64,000 nt of DNA from Candidatus Omnitrophota bacterium (GCA_035352955.1 DAOPYQ010000004.1:13381-77380); one strand, 5' to 3'. Shown: positions 52,301-53,870, counted from the stretch's first letter. Translations and numbers: made by a program. The notes: generated from the sequence alone by a model not told the origin.

Positions 52301-53870
52301 CCGTCATGAGCTTGTTGTAATAACCTTCGTGGCGGAGGCTGGGCTTCGTGATCTTCGGACTGACGACCCCATACGAGATCCCCTTGGATTCGAGAATGCG
52401 TTTGATGTTCTCCTTGTGGAAACCGCCGTAGATCAAAATTGCCGGCAGCAATTTTGAGTCCGACGTTCGACGCGCAACGGCCGACGTATCGTTGCGCGTT
52501 GTGCGTTGCGCGTTGCCCGAGAGAAAATATTCATCCAGCCTTTTCGAAATCGCTCCATCGCGCTCCGCCGCGATCTCATAGAATTTCACCGCTTCCCGGA
52601 TATTCCGTTCCCATTGCCGGGAAAGAACAATCGGCTTTTTCACGTTCGCATGAATAAATTCGCCCAACGACCGGGTATTGAATGTCCTGAGCGCCTGCCG
52701 GACCACCTCGTACTCCTCTTGCGAGACCTGAAGATCGCTGAGGCGTCCGAGAAGACAAAGAGTCTTGTAATGCCCGAAAAGTTCTTTATCACCCGCCCCG
52801 GCAAGATACGCCTCCGCAAGAGACTCATCCAACTTCGAAAGTTCGGCAAAAACCTCCCGTGCATCGATATGCTTCGCTTTTTCGATGACGACAGGATCGT
52901 TTGTTTTAACAGCCTCGAGAATGAAGCTCACCAGGGGCACCGTCGCCCCGGACAACCCCCGGAGTTTGACTTGGGACCCCTGAGATCGATGGCCAGGTGT
53001 TGATCCGGGCGAAAGCAACATTGTTCTGCTTAGATAAGTGAACAGATCCAGTTTCTTCGCATCGAACTGCTCCCTTAGCCTGAGCCATTCGCGGAATTCC
53101 TTCGGAAAGCGCGCATCCGTGAGCAAGCGGACCTCTTTTTCAAGGGCCCTCAGGTCTTTTGCGATCGCCTCTTTCTTCTCCGCGGAGAACCGGTACTGGT
53201 CGACGTTCTCTTTGTGGAGTTTCAGACTGTCCGCACCGATAAGCGTCCAATCAGGATATCGGATGCCGGATGTCGGATGTCGAAAAGCCGGGCTGTCGTC
53301 ATCCGTCATCCTATATCCGTCATCCGTTTTTCTGTTAATGTGCGCATATTCGGCGCCGCCGATGCGGAGATGATCGAGAAAAAAATAGGAGACCTTGCGC
53401 TTCAACTCGGGATCTTTGATGAAACCGAAAAATTCCCCGGTGGGAACCGGACCTTCATAACCTTCCTCAAAAACCGTTCGAACTCCATAGTTCTCAGTCA
53501 GATGTTTGATGATCTTCGCGATGCTCTCCTGGGCTTCAAGAGAGTCGTGCGCGTCCTGAACGTAAATTACGGCAGGGAGATCAGAATTCGGGGTTCGGAG
53601 TGTTGTCTTTGCGCTGTGTGTTTCGCGCTGAGCTCGGTAAACTTCGCTTATCGTGCCAAGTTCGGGAGGGAGCCAGCGGCTTTCATCGATCAGGGGTTGG
53701 CCGGAAAGCGCGGTTGGCTTTTCCCCTCCCGGAACTATGGATTTTATCGGAGTATTAGCAAGCGCTTGCGACGGAAATGAGCAGATCTCGGAAAAAAGAA
53801 AGAGCACCGCAACGAGCATTGCGATGCTCCGGATCGCCGTCCCTTTTTTCGATAAAAATAGCCTGTTCAA
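22368..53870 (-). CDS. giant (10,500 aa) signal-peptide-bearing multi-enzyme protein / candidate polyprotein: M50-like HExxH membrane module followed by about 20 enzyme and signalling domains punctuated by RAE[LM]R motifs
   Basis: A 31.5 kb uninterrupted ORF. TTG start at 53870. MNRLFLSKKGTAIRSIAMLVAVLFLFSEICSFPSQALA is a canonical signal peptide. Individual domains are listed as separate features. Confidence 0.85.
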   Translation of the reverse strand: MNRLFLSKKGTAIRSIAMLVAVLFLFSEICSFPSQALANTPIKSIVPGGEKPTALSGQPLIDESRWLPPELGTISEVYRAQRETHSAKTTLRTPNSDLPAVIYVQDAHDSLEAQESIAKIIKHLTENYGVRTVFEEGYEGPVPTGEFFGFIKDPELKRKVSYFFLDHLRIGGAEYAHINRKTDDGYRMTDDDSPAFRHPTSGIRYPDWTLIGADSLKLHKENVDQYRFSAEKKEAIAKDLRALEKEVRLLTDARFPKEFREWLRLREQFDAKKLDLFTYLSRTMLLSPGSTPGHRSQGSQVKLRGLSGATVPLVSFILEAVKTNDPVVIEKAKHIDAREVFAELSKLDESLAEAYLAGAGDKELFGHYKTLCLLGRLSDLQVSQEEYEVVRQALRTFNTRSLGEFIHANVKKPIVLSRQWERNIREAVKFYEIAAERDGAISKRLDEYFLSGNAQRTTRNDTSAVARRTSDSKLLPAILIYGGFHKENIKRILESKGISYGVVSPKITKPSLRHEGYYNKLMTEGFLSFEKPFVSVLATAARVLPVFHPSLNGRAEVRAVYEALRVHPGTDLGTLDRLLGKGAPSVVVKKSRAELRETKDVTSVAKDVPEKGNWLKEQWKRFVFRWTSAEGFGYYRKFSGLWYVVGAGLFLGSSGIAAGLIAWILYEGIEYGFHRVGMKGEMEPAPRKPAFGAALREKAKNVGKKFSEMGGVPVAVFLGLGAAMVFAGDVPGGILQTLSKLSFFLAVREGFGIMTGSLLSRRVILTAKGFKGRSDIGKYLVNYFDLLLIGAFVSMPWVAAILISIYVHEIFHYLTARYLNAISWPEIPLKNLKIDWLGWQVKFTESSATGIPQRWFLGISSAGTLGNLFVAAGALVVMAFDPGSLWAGLFLKYNLWYAAGQFLFLNNDFGRVNLLELRGRYLSEWFEPRMPRLGKVLHVRVAPVRERVNADSFLLETSTGRYWLIKTRYARGAANGIDGFEYQTADEADFKGESYSLFEIVQAPGGLLSQLNDPFRGMKPETKGDSSFSGNIRRAELRTDDGEFRPNELRLVDPKAGLRRVLIVEDRENIRELLKTTLTAEERTVVMAVNGNEAMEYFEKNSGNPDRLFDLVITDTDMPLMNGDVLIRQLRERFKFRGPILWYSGEPAKREKEGTVVRVARGKFHWHYELSPSFQYPNTLMVHRAFGAGSEKYFADQLVGVIVSSLKTGARVSKADLPPDGVSSTDASHTEQLLKAAIAGDTAAGCFLAELAVRHEGTFYQDVLNFLFQGGLLAGMSPEARDILREFFEGMIGALAPDVLTPDRMSAFRQLIDGGAAQPSDPSEKTFQRILRFATSINPHCDRVALRKLFAQNRELMKRDSEGELRVKHVREWLETLEEEEEFISLYGIRVVGEREEETLEKHPLLNVLRERFGLRTARMKVRKMVYNDGERHFPYGVYEEALEVPKDAEDFVALYLEAGHARTLRALFPGELTFKDEVERNVSILGEIRPDSKPGNKEIGFEHLKELGLDFPPGIVLSAELVCAIVSSAKEERDLSKSPYIALIEEQLAKAGIGPNDSLMVRSNPKVSMPGVLTSLPVNWRERLIDAILAAAKAWDTDAARDYRQWAGIPHRYDLPLIIQRLERGFDYASARKGKTLRNFAGAFTTRDPKDGRDGIVGRFEANVMGEHLMTEGGEGRDIRELATAAPKIYRQILDAKAKIDGWLRPRKGSKKGRLLPPQELEFTVVDGKLWFLQMRNMKFSIYGEIAHLEEDMAEGRITETLAIPRIEALQARLGQRKIYKVRAGAQVRPLARALTSNSGAFRGPLVFDPARIPELVAKKKPFVWFALKKNIKSSTKNTDLLIGLLGYPSFALVTEYGNGSSHEAVLTRSVGIASLINLRRAKVVEEGSRVSLELEGGVVLHEGDPVIVDGDHDRLLSGPADALEESGVELKASYGIHIPSFRKKFLKPYLTAEGQVRAGLTGEEVKALHDKAMARCRDLKKGKDAKAAYIANLEQHFLHDLLTRMLPEEEASRKTGVAAPSGATEVPAGIRAAELADLLEKVAESGEGFSAEGWTLLEKNIAAALGLDEASAGAMIESIMNPLIPPASPQKIGQLFDPDFVPGTFMVGERLHRPPFLAASDNQNLRKWVGIQIAAELVRWRKAADKESDPAERLRYNKILEFVGDKEREWGIPLGDAVFLLLFLRDGSGKRFMDMIPAQIYQDVFTRAMSKLTSHHTYNSPYSDKDFNEKIGKVIETILPRMENLSIEQLFRYSIAAGALGLDLKSSSSAASITNTTNIIPYYVPGESDRARSERILRVLGEKAARPLAIDFWPDFEAQFIKSKTPKTLVVFHDDYGEAQLDLLFILKMLQENPLLKVISVPRHAVAGWIRVGNDAHDMDFINKFLTMPSLAPLSRIMAEEGRYQISRSGPLWGAVNGREFSEEVADLVLNSDAILVQGARSYETLQGINKTAYFAFMVCREFSESVTGVDAFTGDSVFIKQNPGLLSFQGFRERHTRSIPLAGPGRRGWAASMTATEYARAVRSPAYPKIVGRFRGDELAADHWIKQEASKSGKTIAQFILKGAIRAELRSEEKVENAKGAEAFKLRITDAQINEVLENKYAFRYLPPSQKEKMRRLIRQIPQIPVRVRDYLYDGGQFGDYGLKVQKVAEGALAAASGPGKTVPLSDYLEAYVDQMVARGFRLVRIEATGSWTSGPRDPGDIDFRLEFEHPNVKFFSSTLHADLVPEAYPEGVAKNLRVNRMELLVSTPSEKYDPAIEDSVTLFGPVSHLDPKKADVERVLVHAKHLFETRTRREKYSDEIGQGGVGGFFDDEFLVRYLTRGAFLLHTTFPDKDFAARANRLLNDLNRYYDMTGREKSIPTGKRLFESVRSQIGALEQSVSLAIAELEKARVVPVEGERGYQREQLPVVDPATRTSVAVEERAIVHREGLWHESLQGFIFRKSPEGRLQVLRRQRSQSVHLGKGRFDLSVQALYQPKDRGSFEKVLRRALKEQYGLEDGGFQFMQIRTAGWLRTHSRYKEDPSIHSRQFASLGAIFLTPEAEKNLRVTDPRVGSIDWVDWEDYVGDARNRPEVYFNDALFYALNPAFSEEVVRTVRAFGHGEKVEAFSFKTVTYYNLAGRYDVYVFLNMDDSVVVSTYDRETHTTAVYDRVRAFDVDDRDGGLKIRITREDGGNFLWENGRLTPTGRKADAASLVAMNGILERFNKELEAMRAVAESEDMAKFEAIRKKFNHNLRTLRSRIEAGDVLLPSAPLRTSAKDPAANSGSRPGDQVIVALPGTFELPHLDHIDALLDALVFASEKDRGHPKTYVAVLVPMGDHGKGPSGNPTQLPFKHREAMSRRLTDIFSPLMQTVLTAEEMPGRTSVDAAVEVAELNRATAPEKKTSTSLIVVAGAKTFLKWRKEFDEALRNFTGKFQKGAATLFIRSGAGDEIPAESLKKLPYEVHLNDTRFHAGLRSLEMRTHYDFTFVTPGVRDYLDTHLGEFSRFFRFSSTPFKFQIDPKLVERSLAQNYAFRYWSPERRHKVREVVRHIPEIPVEVRPHLWVNEDFGDVFKKAQKATEDSLYAKASQVAPGNETRYVSLSRYMEAFVHEMQERGFRMVRLEAFGSWVGRARVPSDFDLILEFRHPSSKLFQGNLKARLLPELFPDALPAYHKPFQMDLFIMAGNSEFHPAIMDSVTLMGEPSAAEPTALETNDVLKYADFLYNRRMLERSFGVAIDGDHMDFFEDDYIARYLTRSAYILQSFFPDRGFSERANRLLDMLDGFFDFKGDPGARTKLGREIQGYMEALGKDVGAALDELRARSERKESRAELRRQEPYKDPVFAMSRTRDVGQGIRGPSHGEMLLKSLGSDQLQADIAKAFEGWTPDEIRRLFDEYQLGELRAISFFTHNEKTLPVLETSKGKFCIKPITDLDPVGKETQMLFVAEVIHRNLQRGVPIPVIYRSGEKDAEHLIFRIKGGSVDAVRYFMVERWIAGYRSIKREEATPEMMGEVARWLARIHSATAGVRETEWPKLNRWVRDHAFDDMENSRRIFRENIRKNYPPEDSALILSLLDEAFPKVREALRKISRQPINSDINFANLFFDDAGKIREIIDWEASRFGYRIEDFTGLLFRSGRGGAKAYVHGTAEELLRALKAYQKEAGTSRLSDEELDILPWFFLVDFLDTLYFRDRGGVFGEGQRSPSVQASVMQTIRRIQKDFAPYFSGGRSLSQDLRRAELRSRGGFAVFEDGRPVILKIYSAKDGKTVFATKDYKEYFGKVYTDVADFLRDRKIDQAKAGEVIRSDQQSIVIGIPSAYSGGTEEETKAYAKKRVAFFETVLNSLKILRRESAKQEKNWNAELVINVNGLEQGAYLAAVLQFQKERSTSEIPVTVIHMPLAGRLHGREYVEIFGRQVFDPRVVSVATRIQDALNGFWEKRHDPRRIEWVKKYREIFSGKTNAVNAIVEYARDNAKATILGLMDDDIGISDKNILSNVLFLIDSAKGNNAMKRVSPVMTTSRGQLGPSQSEWDEKWWPERNRAPMGPSMFSFLFAFPPLPSYPINEDVYLGRIYYEDESVPRAMCGWRVIENPSGDAVFRWSAATNFRSGYIQNYRYELGDRWLTSLRGKEKQKYRPAHYGPGAIFGFWKSRAVRDPVSGKIRVGETYRKYKDFFWNRQIRINYQVFFELLFRRIFHLPLLTTHWATTVPAESKTVAPDGVREGGVVTPRAEMRNGDVRIQEEILEQAEVIVWDFDNTIFGVEEVWEAMEAQIIAKIWVKNASEMITGELLAEARRFFQESLGISDEQRFTLAAQRVSSSLDEAATIGKKYATEYFLVQDAYVQKRLAEWKTNMEQYLIPGALENLDEYHRRGIKQYLLSGNHYLTRKILDELGLSKYFVNLINAREWPYSGEFSKATALERLSEENQNPTMMVIGDGLGEIKAAQKVAAGRQRRIYTVALLRPKTEKEMQKLQPSVLLSGSFPNAYDLANQLNLRRNFDLPKSEGSAGTVPGTPGTLTRARAKEARAEIRLGERAREEAVAVLNKALGDARDEQEVARKAGKEKSVAYIQITVNEIQEALTGLAAPGNVNEAVMRTVKTYVPDLEVEKFDLVSSEALRLIREGNPALGLKPNPDRARHMIRAERFFRALATGNTEYFVRRLASGTSDADKEGYRQNLRRLKAYFETFTPAERTEMWLEIKLHDTGYTSGATDAGHEERGGIFAEQFIRGELSLPSARAEAVSRLIRRHMSVGLLSLGELRYQKFMEGLDEKGFLKLVLHNIVDASAVLSDSMVYYPARLATVVGWFDPKTRQQSLEVYDQYRFEKLAKTSGNSEKDLTPGEILSLNAMIRKIFGQEEEMLRKQWRDAIDMRYRLVSVPTRLVKYDASYKRFAKWMRLLAHVSLLVPGGETVFTGNLLSREYPPLEIEDAMERIAIKVAADMDRIPEDSDLTAVQAQFRELPENKRVEIYGIPFVRNGNEVLIDVASLFDEVGPQAVRAELRSEPGDDVQAMASKLKGLPTLYANFPKAHNFNQRWHQEGRYLQDHIGAMLKALRKIEGPHFRDPRVPWQAIIFIRRLANENRARIEAACFGHDIGKVTKYQAKKMAVGDIEQSYSFHEHENDSYEVLSKNPVRYGDLDISGDSVLLLSIKHHALGYSLEKLDGLVAFVRDLRRAGITEQKEIERACEFLIALATLDMMGSYLDAEGRDLDMTGISRLIGTYERYVKTEVDPAVLAQADRINFKAQHFSRSMAQVLPAARKKVEAGILRNLLPAITDFYNSGRWKKYRNPGEELIQRVEGSGDLMRALRETHFFDSPEFLFGVVRRHFLSPRPVLEKGRMPRNRFAHKTIGFAPLPGSPEGEDLEKGRDFMEDAVSAVTEHFSDGKVELPGVKMNRFQYAVLRTYRMFGPTVIGHILYTGLVPLGIVVMTYLGLHLFGVSMGHESIGAEFLVGVGMTRFIFNALEKKVEQFGEDWEKHSREQILISLALGVTAEKKRQNGEKYEIYFRDIKELYLAGSASVTPSSKKLDLELLEEIKTVVWKGLDLNEKYFLAAREGYQLALQGGGVDLRAITVAMLAEIASHNRPYFDRLTADWTRESRRNYFQHILASVLGREHEAFHPELSAALMPLASFAKVMTSQDALDELVENEIVAEVTAGTLVPELIGERQVLPPRIVDAKKTSFLTDRRPEYNERFIKRLISKIRSAPNSEDRQAFILAYSSKLLSRLTSIEERIAQDLPVEKDKLERLLLKTELWADGLREFQAGPEADQRIERVTRVLNSLAASLSSERGRAELRSGTWDEVKGAFSERLRQLPPRGVLLVAGPSATGKSWMLNEFDALMAAQGRKIEWVPEDRYFKPEAECPLRNGKPDFDHIDAYDLAAVARTVQKFHEDGTAVIPASTFGKPEPAREPVLGSKDVIGVEGLHTLHPKLTAAVASDVPVLKVYLDTPWQIRFMRRLWRDVTERQFKDPFRTLALWDNVAAGEKDFVEPTKANADFVIRRGSDEEARELGVKTREFREALSKRPEVLARKDYQEVLSSLEDYLKTLLVVRAELRSEGVVSEGLQDRAKLESSMRQVMNYVAAYPFRAFPFSSMVKVGGMVVDQNGKGVSLAVNGLGQQHAERMAIVDALDKIFQARQTAGVRFEDAEKIKTTIDYLRFSLKISRYFPEADLPLFTWVNDRLGDPMGSMTLFVTMAPCEWCEKLIMSAGIKNVVYGYSAQRAAGREPNQRLIDNGIRVTGGILFNELYAQNRLAHLFASRASVIYTAVKSLQHHFHARYVRFLFGEQFDALTRKLRNFDRPDRAELRSGFVKSGGAWWQRWRDAFVRGEQDKMEVIARIHREKILKIYGDALAAVRGASHGAAATAHLQKARAFMLTQLDGLLREYRENIAKEGFADISMKVWKLDMASRFRGICEGLRKEDLRVTSEVVEVAKELSPEEAEAVKSFISGISELHFERPVRTILIADDEANFRSDHEAGIRSLGRSEIKTVSVKDGKEMFDYLKEHAGEVDLILSDVSMPLDDLKFRLDEENAARLRGEDFRTVRERWNGNHVALRFRKELGIRTPIIFISGVWLDKEELAGIGNTLPFPKGHVTPQTLALILKPLIEQSENVRAELRNGEEIPGMYLEGRSDIAEAFRRLGVSDEEASKNMERFKDRDLLWGEVVEAADLPFSVLVVAKKMKVRTWRSDSDPRTLCVAVKDGKVTPVFEEKPFRGMVSGLHFYRISTDRIRLFMVRYDRDHKRSLLYAREVVIEKPASRWNALWRKSEKEIVPGPVEFPHKLEKKTGATDWNAEPVPEGESFDPFDFIQGKLQFRFFGQKYALDPGAPVLTPVPLERAERQSNLVNSNTFPPAARDGRRAERRLPYSADVTFQFRPRGIDESDIEAVYLAGSFNDWKAAPEFKMRSGTRKGETEWMITSRLKEGTYEYKYLVKLKNGQELWVSYPDDFLNSERDQTGSQNYFRHVGPTLGWPPREEPIKGSPRKVNASVNLRGISVEKRAELLEAEAKDGKTRIHIGTATLSDGWELPEAEQKGLAPYAAVIAEKINRALVPVSLEYLELPGDMAPTRHFASFEYDYFLVVDKAAEKDVRDFISELSKAARWSGDLGRYVFVHPYNGTEDDLVEQVAEKILRANGPAEGKSIVRVAPGRFWVEQSNLLVSVEEAPAKMLRFPERVDQHPVLTTVKDRLEIPEASMVTEGSWGYVQEGVHSDRIETQTYLIVPAQYEAEVMRYFRTGKTSQERKMEQIAGIVRLLGDREQEKRVQAARAFKQLPETRESLEAIVETFVTMAHFVPPYTGWASSEHFTSHEVIGFFVEVIVGKDRSIVSDKMLNDLVSGLISEDPYVQEISFGILRVFVSGDWERLMRVKRILEPVAEKIVKSGNLRIALATEAISTERSHNVDSWHMLEGPKILVALHRKKIPADLESAVVEAGYYERSESHYSEDKMRLTLVFPAEKTIPVFLCLILGAWSASEDVQSRIFGIDLQGDFKELYGFMKGINPGLDLVAFEKARDQFLEARKKNPVKDEKGRFRLGPSTQYEEYVRYADSFEPRVERVEDHPFLKLLEKFYGIFGCGYVEKERRALQRFEGGWKSVGDDFLVPSGKHDLFIEMMLVLGEEAMENLLRGTGKSVAGMQPMDAEALKRSLSEKGIPGAEVDGSLMAIFRVAQGVNPGLDLKLLYETYTKVKKGMVQPSRAEDGLSTVRSSGEQVYKIDEWEEFYGLLDYSASKVLDTRKDKKVRFTFLHDPSCEALRRDFHVPQAYRVIERECEIDYEVNRHLGHVTEQEMTQVTSEYADFAAFYFAAGDETVRRIVFPPVPEQSLEERLKDLGIQESPDERFTAIYRAAIKINPKLDLKALFELYQIGKSHLRVLEPAEEAGMVVIITQSDSTRLDTPEDDARFLEGLPQGTKKVMEGPFLVFLKEKFGIRNAYLKYYRNIEDWDSTRHYMMGVAVDSLVVPEEFGDLMELYYSADSILLRRILLGEYSDVEAKVDAGVRQLGKGIYQRGMGNKEAGFLIFEKLGLPYPPGIALSAELASVLAGIQYEERPVYDAFIKRQLNRIGIKIHSGGYEDLIVRSNPKRSMPGILESIRTFNNPVSEIQTAAKAWESPKAKVYRKREGIPDAYDLPLIVQKFESGKADPFGQYDGKRARKEPVALCMAGAFSTRDPNTNGAGLFGRYSENADGSELMTNGKLGEDLNALAQVAPEIYTQLVDAAKKLEDVVGPQEVEFVVNHGKLYFVQTRRINFATQAEIAYIREQLAANKITEARAIPQLEKLQERLGSRKLYRVRDVVAAKPVATAPAATPGAMQGHLAWSVDRARELIREGKPVIFVAREKDQDELLALLFEYSRSGLLTLGYGNASSHEAVLSRLSGIPSLINVAGTRLDEQTIVLENGQKLREGDVVVVDGDHQSLFVTGEDVLEENGVALDASYGIHIPEFKQEFLKAYLQTDGSIKPEFTVPRLVELNQQAEEKFKTVQNSPDKKAVFTANLEKHFIHELLGRRKSEPDGVREREAETLRAEMREEQISHQRNPAERLNTALKMAEDIIRDPFVLGKYGIGANEAVVLAQFLTSASYEHPSIGKAVRLIYDHIRDIYIMGASRLVVYAMLTKLRTGGAITEEQYRLIEKPFSLEDSRRDVAGKKIEIRSSEDIDEASSAACWTVQYFDATGRPVLSFGYTAPTIFFNSHDDQRNQLDKAPTEKRYSAGDYSVEPVQNLRKLLETVSSEYDDAAVEGVVLWLYEGNILRRIDDLLSLYDVGTDKYKANLVRVLAEIGTEYTDQLANSLKDKTELQTRDMLAAQVQANSRERGVGDHARGAAKTNKTVASPQVPDSDPARAELRSIASEDVFKAFGAPMPKLVKVVVLDADFTLWGEAVSEVGPEGVRLTEEFLAVQKKVLALKERGILLVISSRNTPKDVEAVFAQRPEMALRRQDLAGIWADDRNKAEHLKEIAEKLHLGLDSFVFLDDSPFERARVRQAFPEVLVPELPASPSEWPRILDDFIPPQSGSLTPEARNRTRLYEDQKRREQGWEVAKSVRQSFNDYLRGLGMAVEIFEETPASSRIDRVVELFERANRFNMTGRTFTREDLVDRLSGEHGTYRVFSLQQKDREGDQGIVAVMVVDCNGPVPVIESFCQSCRAWVGGMGGKVENLFMAYVVGKLGKAVGYYMPSEKNQGVKDVYARMGEGVVPVDVPGSDRKGFLFDRTTARIRVPDWFSMPDSVRGVVLSAGVLVANAQNEFRAEKRDAIDKNRLIKGWIRAYQSMARRGDLQNREKLAKALRRMGEMALPMIQTEIQRGNFEFIAVLDDAYLADPRLTSALIRAMEDKNADLSGRLGAAKVLGARGVEMPKVLSLLLNSAYRDNTAWDNLVRLVRNDARRGEVVDLLIKTVEDNMDVMDYGRQFNRIVELRMAAKVLGEIGPGAQRAVPSLMRLVKRKADSWAQENALKSLVAIDTEKKTVMSVLLDCQAHSSSEDVQAKASELLKIVNGEGLKRLPQKQERLERSGKDQGVDKYSTIDPFVRRLREGDSSERKVAVADLEKLGPDAFEALPALIETGQKYPDLKSEVFRALDAITFDRAFRYEVLGFDAGDLGITYSLHQVAVPADVNLEANTAAMPEESSNQRIEEMIRTVSGAIDAILPFLNQGPAVKRPERVRALLKWHSDIPMFDHLLFSRFPEMVRQLDDPEVFFAALEIERALVGHYVENLEFDFEIYCRDYGSHLGSFSVFLPAASQPLFDVYAPLFKEKDDLKRFIMAFAADIVAGRVSQVTGRQELAALFATHIQKMEKTGMVSDQPDGVREGGVVPPRAEMRRENSATLNAQSSTKEKGSTLRVARGPANAAEGRFMDGVPSQNVFFAIDARSLEVLGTVKGDRRWNELLALKGIYGKELNLVVTGKVSKKTEAKLRELESFGGHVFTESNAMQIPGNAQVIYFTGDAAANLQSLSQRLRQKVKAVFQGLQEGDFIAGVELSWSSYLDEAISRTGSLRQFIADRLGFNASRALEILFDAYVVISSAA
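22981..23040. repeat. about-60-nt intragenic DNA repeat, copy A (encodes PDGVREGGVVPPRAEMRR)
   Basis: tccctccgcatctcggcgcgagggggcacaacccctccctcgcggacgccgtccggttg. It shares a 19-nt exact core ctcgcggacgccgtccggt with copies at 26856 and 39720. Confidence 0.6.
23900..24700 (-). other. HEAT / PBS-lyase-like helical repeats
   Basis: Repeated LxxLLxDxDxxVRxxAxxALGxIG-type units: AAKVLGARGVEMPKVLSLLLNSAYRDN, AAKVLGEIGPGAQRAVPSLMRLVKRKADSWAQENALKSLVAI, VAVADLEKLGPDAFEALPALIETGQ. Confidence 0.45.
25500..25895 (-). other. HAD-superfamily IIIC / FkbH-like phosphatase domain (HAD 2)
   Basis: KVVVLDADFTLWGEAVSEVGPEG...LLVISSRNTPKDVEAVF...DLAGIWADDRNKAEHLKEIAEKLHLGLDSFVFLDDSPFERARV, compared with the FkbH-like consensus LDLDNTLWGG...SKN.E.DV...WxPK..NL..IA..LNLGLDSFVFxDDNP.ER. 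Confidence 0.55.
26856..26912. repeat. intragenic DNA repeat, copy B (encodes PDGVREREAETLRAEMRE)
   Basis: ttcctcccgcatttcggcgcggagggtctcagcctctctctcgcggacgccgtccggttc. Confidence 0.55.
27100..28700 (-). other. pyruvate-phosphate-dikinase-like phosphotransferase module 2 (paralogue of module 1)
   Basis: LGLPYPPGIALSAELASVLAG (28321-28380). VRSNPKRSMPGILES. CMAGAFSTRDPNTNGAGLFGRYSENADGSELMTNG. EFVVNHGKLYFVQTRRINF. GYGNASSHEAVLSRLSGIPSLINV (27301-27360). Confidence 0.6.
28855..29990 (-). repeat. three protein-level copies of an unknown domain of about 180 aa carrying [FY]xxx[IV]NP[GK]LDL
   Basis: YGFMKGINPGLDLVAFEKARDQF (about 29960), IFRVAQGVNPGLDLKLLYETYTK (about 29420) and IYRAAIKINPKLDLKALFELYQI (about 28890). 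Confidence 0.4.
31600..31780 (-). other. CBM48 / AMPK-beta glycogen-binding-domain-like carbohydrate-binding module
   Basis: VYLAGSFNDWKAAPEFKMRSGTRKGETEWMITSRLKEGTYEYKYLVKLKNGQELWVSYPDD, compared with the CBM48 consensus VxLxGSFNNW...GxHxYKFxVDG.W. Confidence 0.55.
32700..33050 (-). other. response-regulator receiver (REC) domain 2
   Basis: RTILIADDEANFRS...VDLILSDVSMPLDD...TPIIFISGVWLDKEE. Confidence 0.5.
33780..34140 (-). other. cytidine/deoxycytidylate-deaminase-like zinc-binding domain
   Basis: HAERMAI (34025-34078) and PCEWCEKLI (33825-33865), that is HAE...PCxxC. The spacing is about 75 aa, longer than canonical, so this is a moderate call. Confidence 0.45.
34400..35000 (-). other. 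uridine-kinase / phosphoribulokinase-like P-loop kinase
   Basis: Walker A LLVAGPSATGKSW (34921-34980) directly after the RAELRS linker. ...DRYFKP...KPDFDHIDAYDL resembles the PRK/Udk family. Confidence 0.5.
36050..36260 (-). other. internal transmembrane helices in the middle of giant 2 (about aa 5860)
   Basis: FGPTVIGHILYTGLVPLGIVVMTYLGLHLFGVSMGHESIGAEFLVGVGMTRFIF. Confidence 0.45.
36800..37300 (-). other. HD-domain phosphohydrolase 2
   Basis: EAACFGHDIGKVTKYQAKK (37080-37175) and later LSIKHHALGYS. Confidence 0.5.
38000..38500 (-). other. HD-domain phosphohydrolase 1
   Basis: EIKLHDTGYTSGATDAGHEERG (38281-38343) shows the H...HD...H/D arrangement. Confidence 0.45.
39050..39690 (-). other. 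HAD-superfamily hydrolase domain 1
   Basis: Motif I VIVWDFDNTIF (DxD) lies immediately after the RAEMRN linker. SGNHYLTRKILDELGL follows, and motif IV is MMVIGDGLGE. Confidence 0.55.
39720..39780. repeat. intragenic DNA repeat, copy C (encodes PDGVREGGVVTPRAEMRN)
   Basis: atccccattccgcatctcggcccggggagtcacaacccctccctcgcggacgccgtccggtg. About 90% identical to copy A over about 55 nt. Confidence 0.6.
41250..42380 (-). other. aminoglycoside-phosphotransferase / choline-kinase-like (protein-kinase fold) domain
   Basis: KFCIKPITDL...FRIKGGSVDAVRYFMVERWIAGY...PINSDINFANLFFDDAGKIREIIDWEASRFGYRIEDF shows a Brenner-type D....N catalytic loop and an IDWE (DFG-equivalent) motif. Confidence 0.5.
43981..44061 (-). 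other. cytidylyltransferase-like (HxGH) nucleotidyltransferase motif
   Basis: QVIVALPGTFELPHLDHIDALLDA, compared with the GTFDxxHxGH signature of the CoaD/NadD/TagD superfamily. Confidence 0.35.
45250..46050 (-). other. Pol-beta-superfamily nucleotidyltransferase module 1 with helical C-domain (KNTase-like)
   Basis: RIEATGSWTSGPRDPGDIDFRLEF (45737-45815) is a GS...D.D minimal NTase motif. A paralogous copy lies at 42988-43078 (RLEAFGSWVGRARVPSDFDLILEF). Both are followed by similar helical domains (DSVTLFGP... / DSVTLMGE... and YLTRGAFLLHTTFPDKDFAARANRLLNDL / YLTRSAYILQSFFPDRGFSERANRLLDML). Confidence 0.55.
48050..49750 (-). other. pyruvate-phosphate-dikinase / PEP-synthase-like phosphotransferase module 1 (ATP-grasp N-domain plus phosphohistidine swivel domain)
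   Basis: VRSNPKVSMPGVLTS matches PPDK VRSGAxxSMPGMMDT. RNFAGAFTTRDPKDGRDGIVGRFEANVMGEHL matches RGxAFxFTRNPxTGE...GEYLxNAQGEDVV. EFTVVDGKLWFLQMRNMK matches DIEFTIExGKLWMLQTR. GNGSSHEAVLTRSVGIASL (48241-48300) matches the PEP-utilising mobile domain GGxTSHAAIxAREL with a presumed phospho-His. Confidence 0.65.
50345..50690 (-). other. response-regulator receiver (REC) domain 1 in giant 2
   Basis: RVLIVEDRENIRELLKTTL...VMAVNGNEAMEYF...LFDLVITDTDMPLMNGDVLIRQLRE. The acidic pair, the phospho-acceptor Asp (ITDTDMP) and the later K are all present. Confidence 0.6.
51150..52000 (-). other. polytopic membrane region with intramembrane HExxH (zinc-metalloprotease-like, S2P/M50-like, tentative) in giant 2
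   Basis: Hydrophobic helices GLWYVVGAGLFLGSSGIAAGLIAWILY, VPVAVFLGLGAAMVFAG, LLLIGAFVSMPWVAAILISIYVHEIFHYL and LGNLFVAAGALVVMAF. The HEIFH codons are at 51435-51449. Confidence 0.4.
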
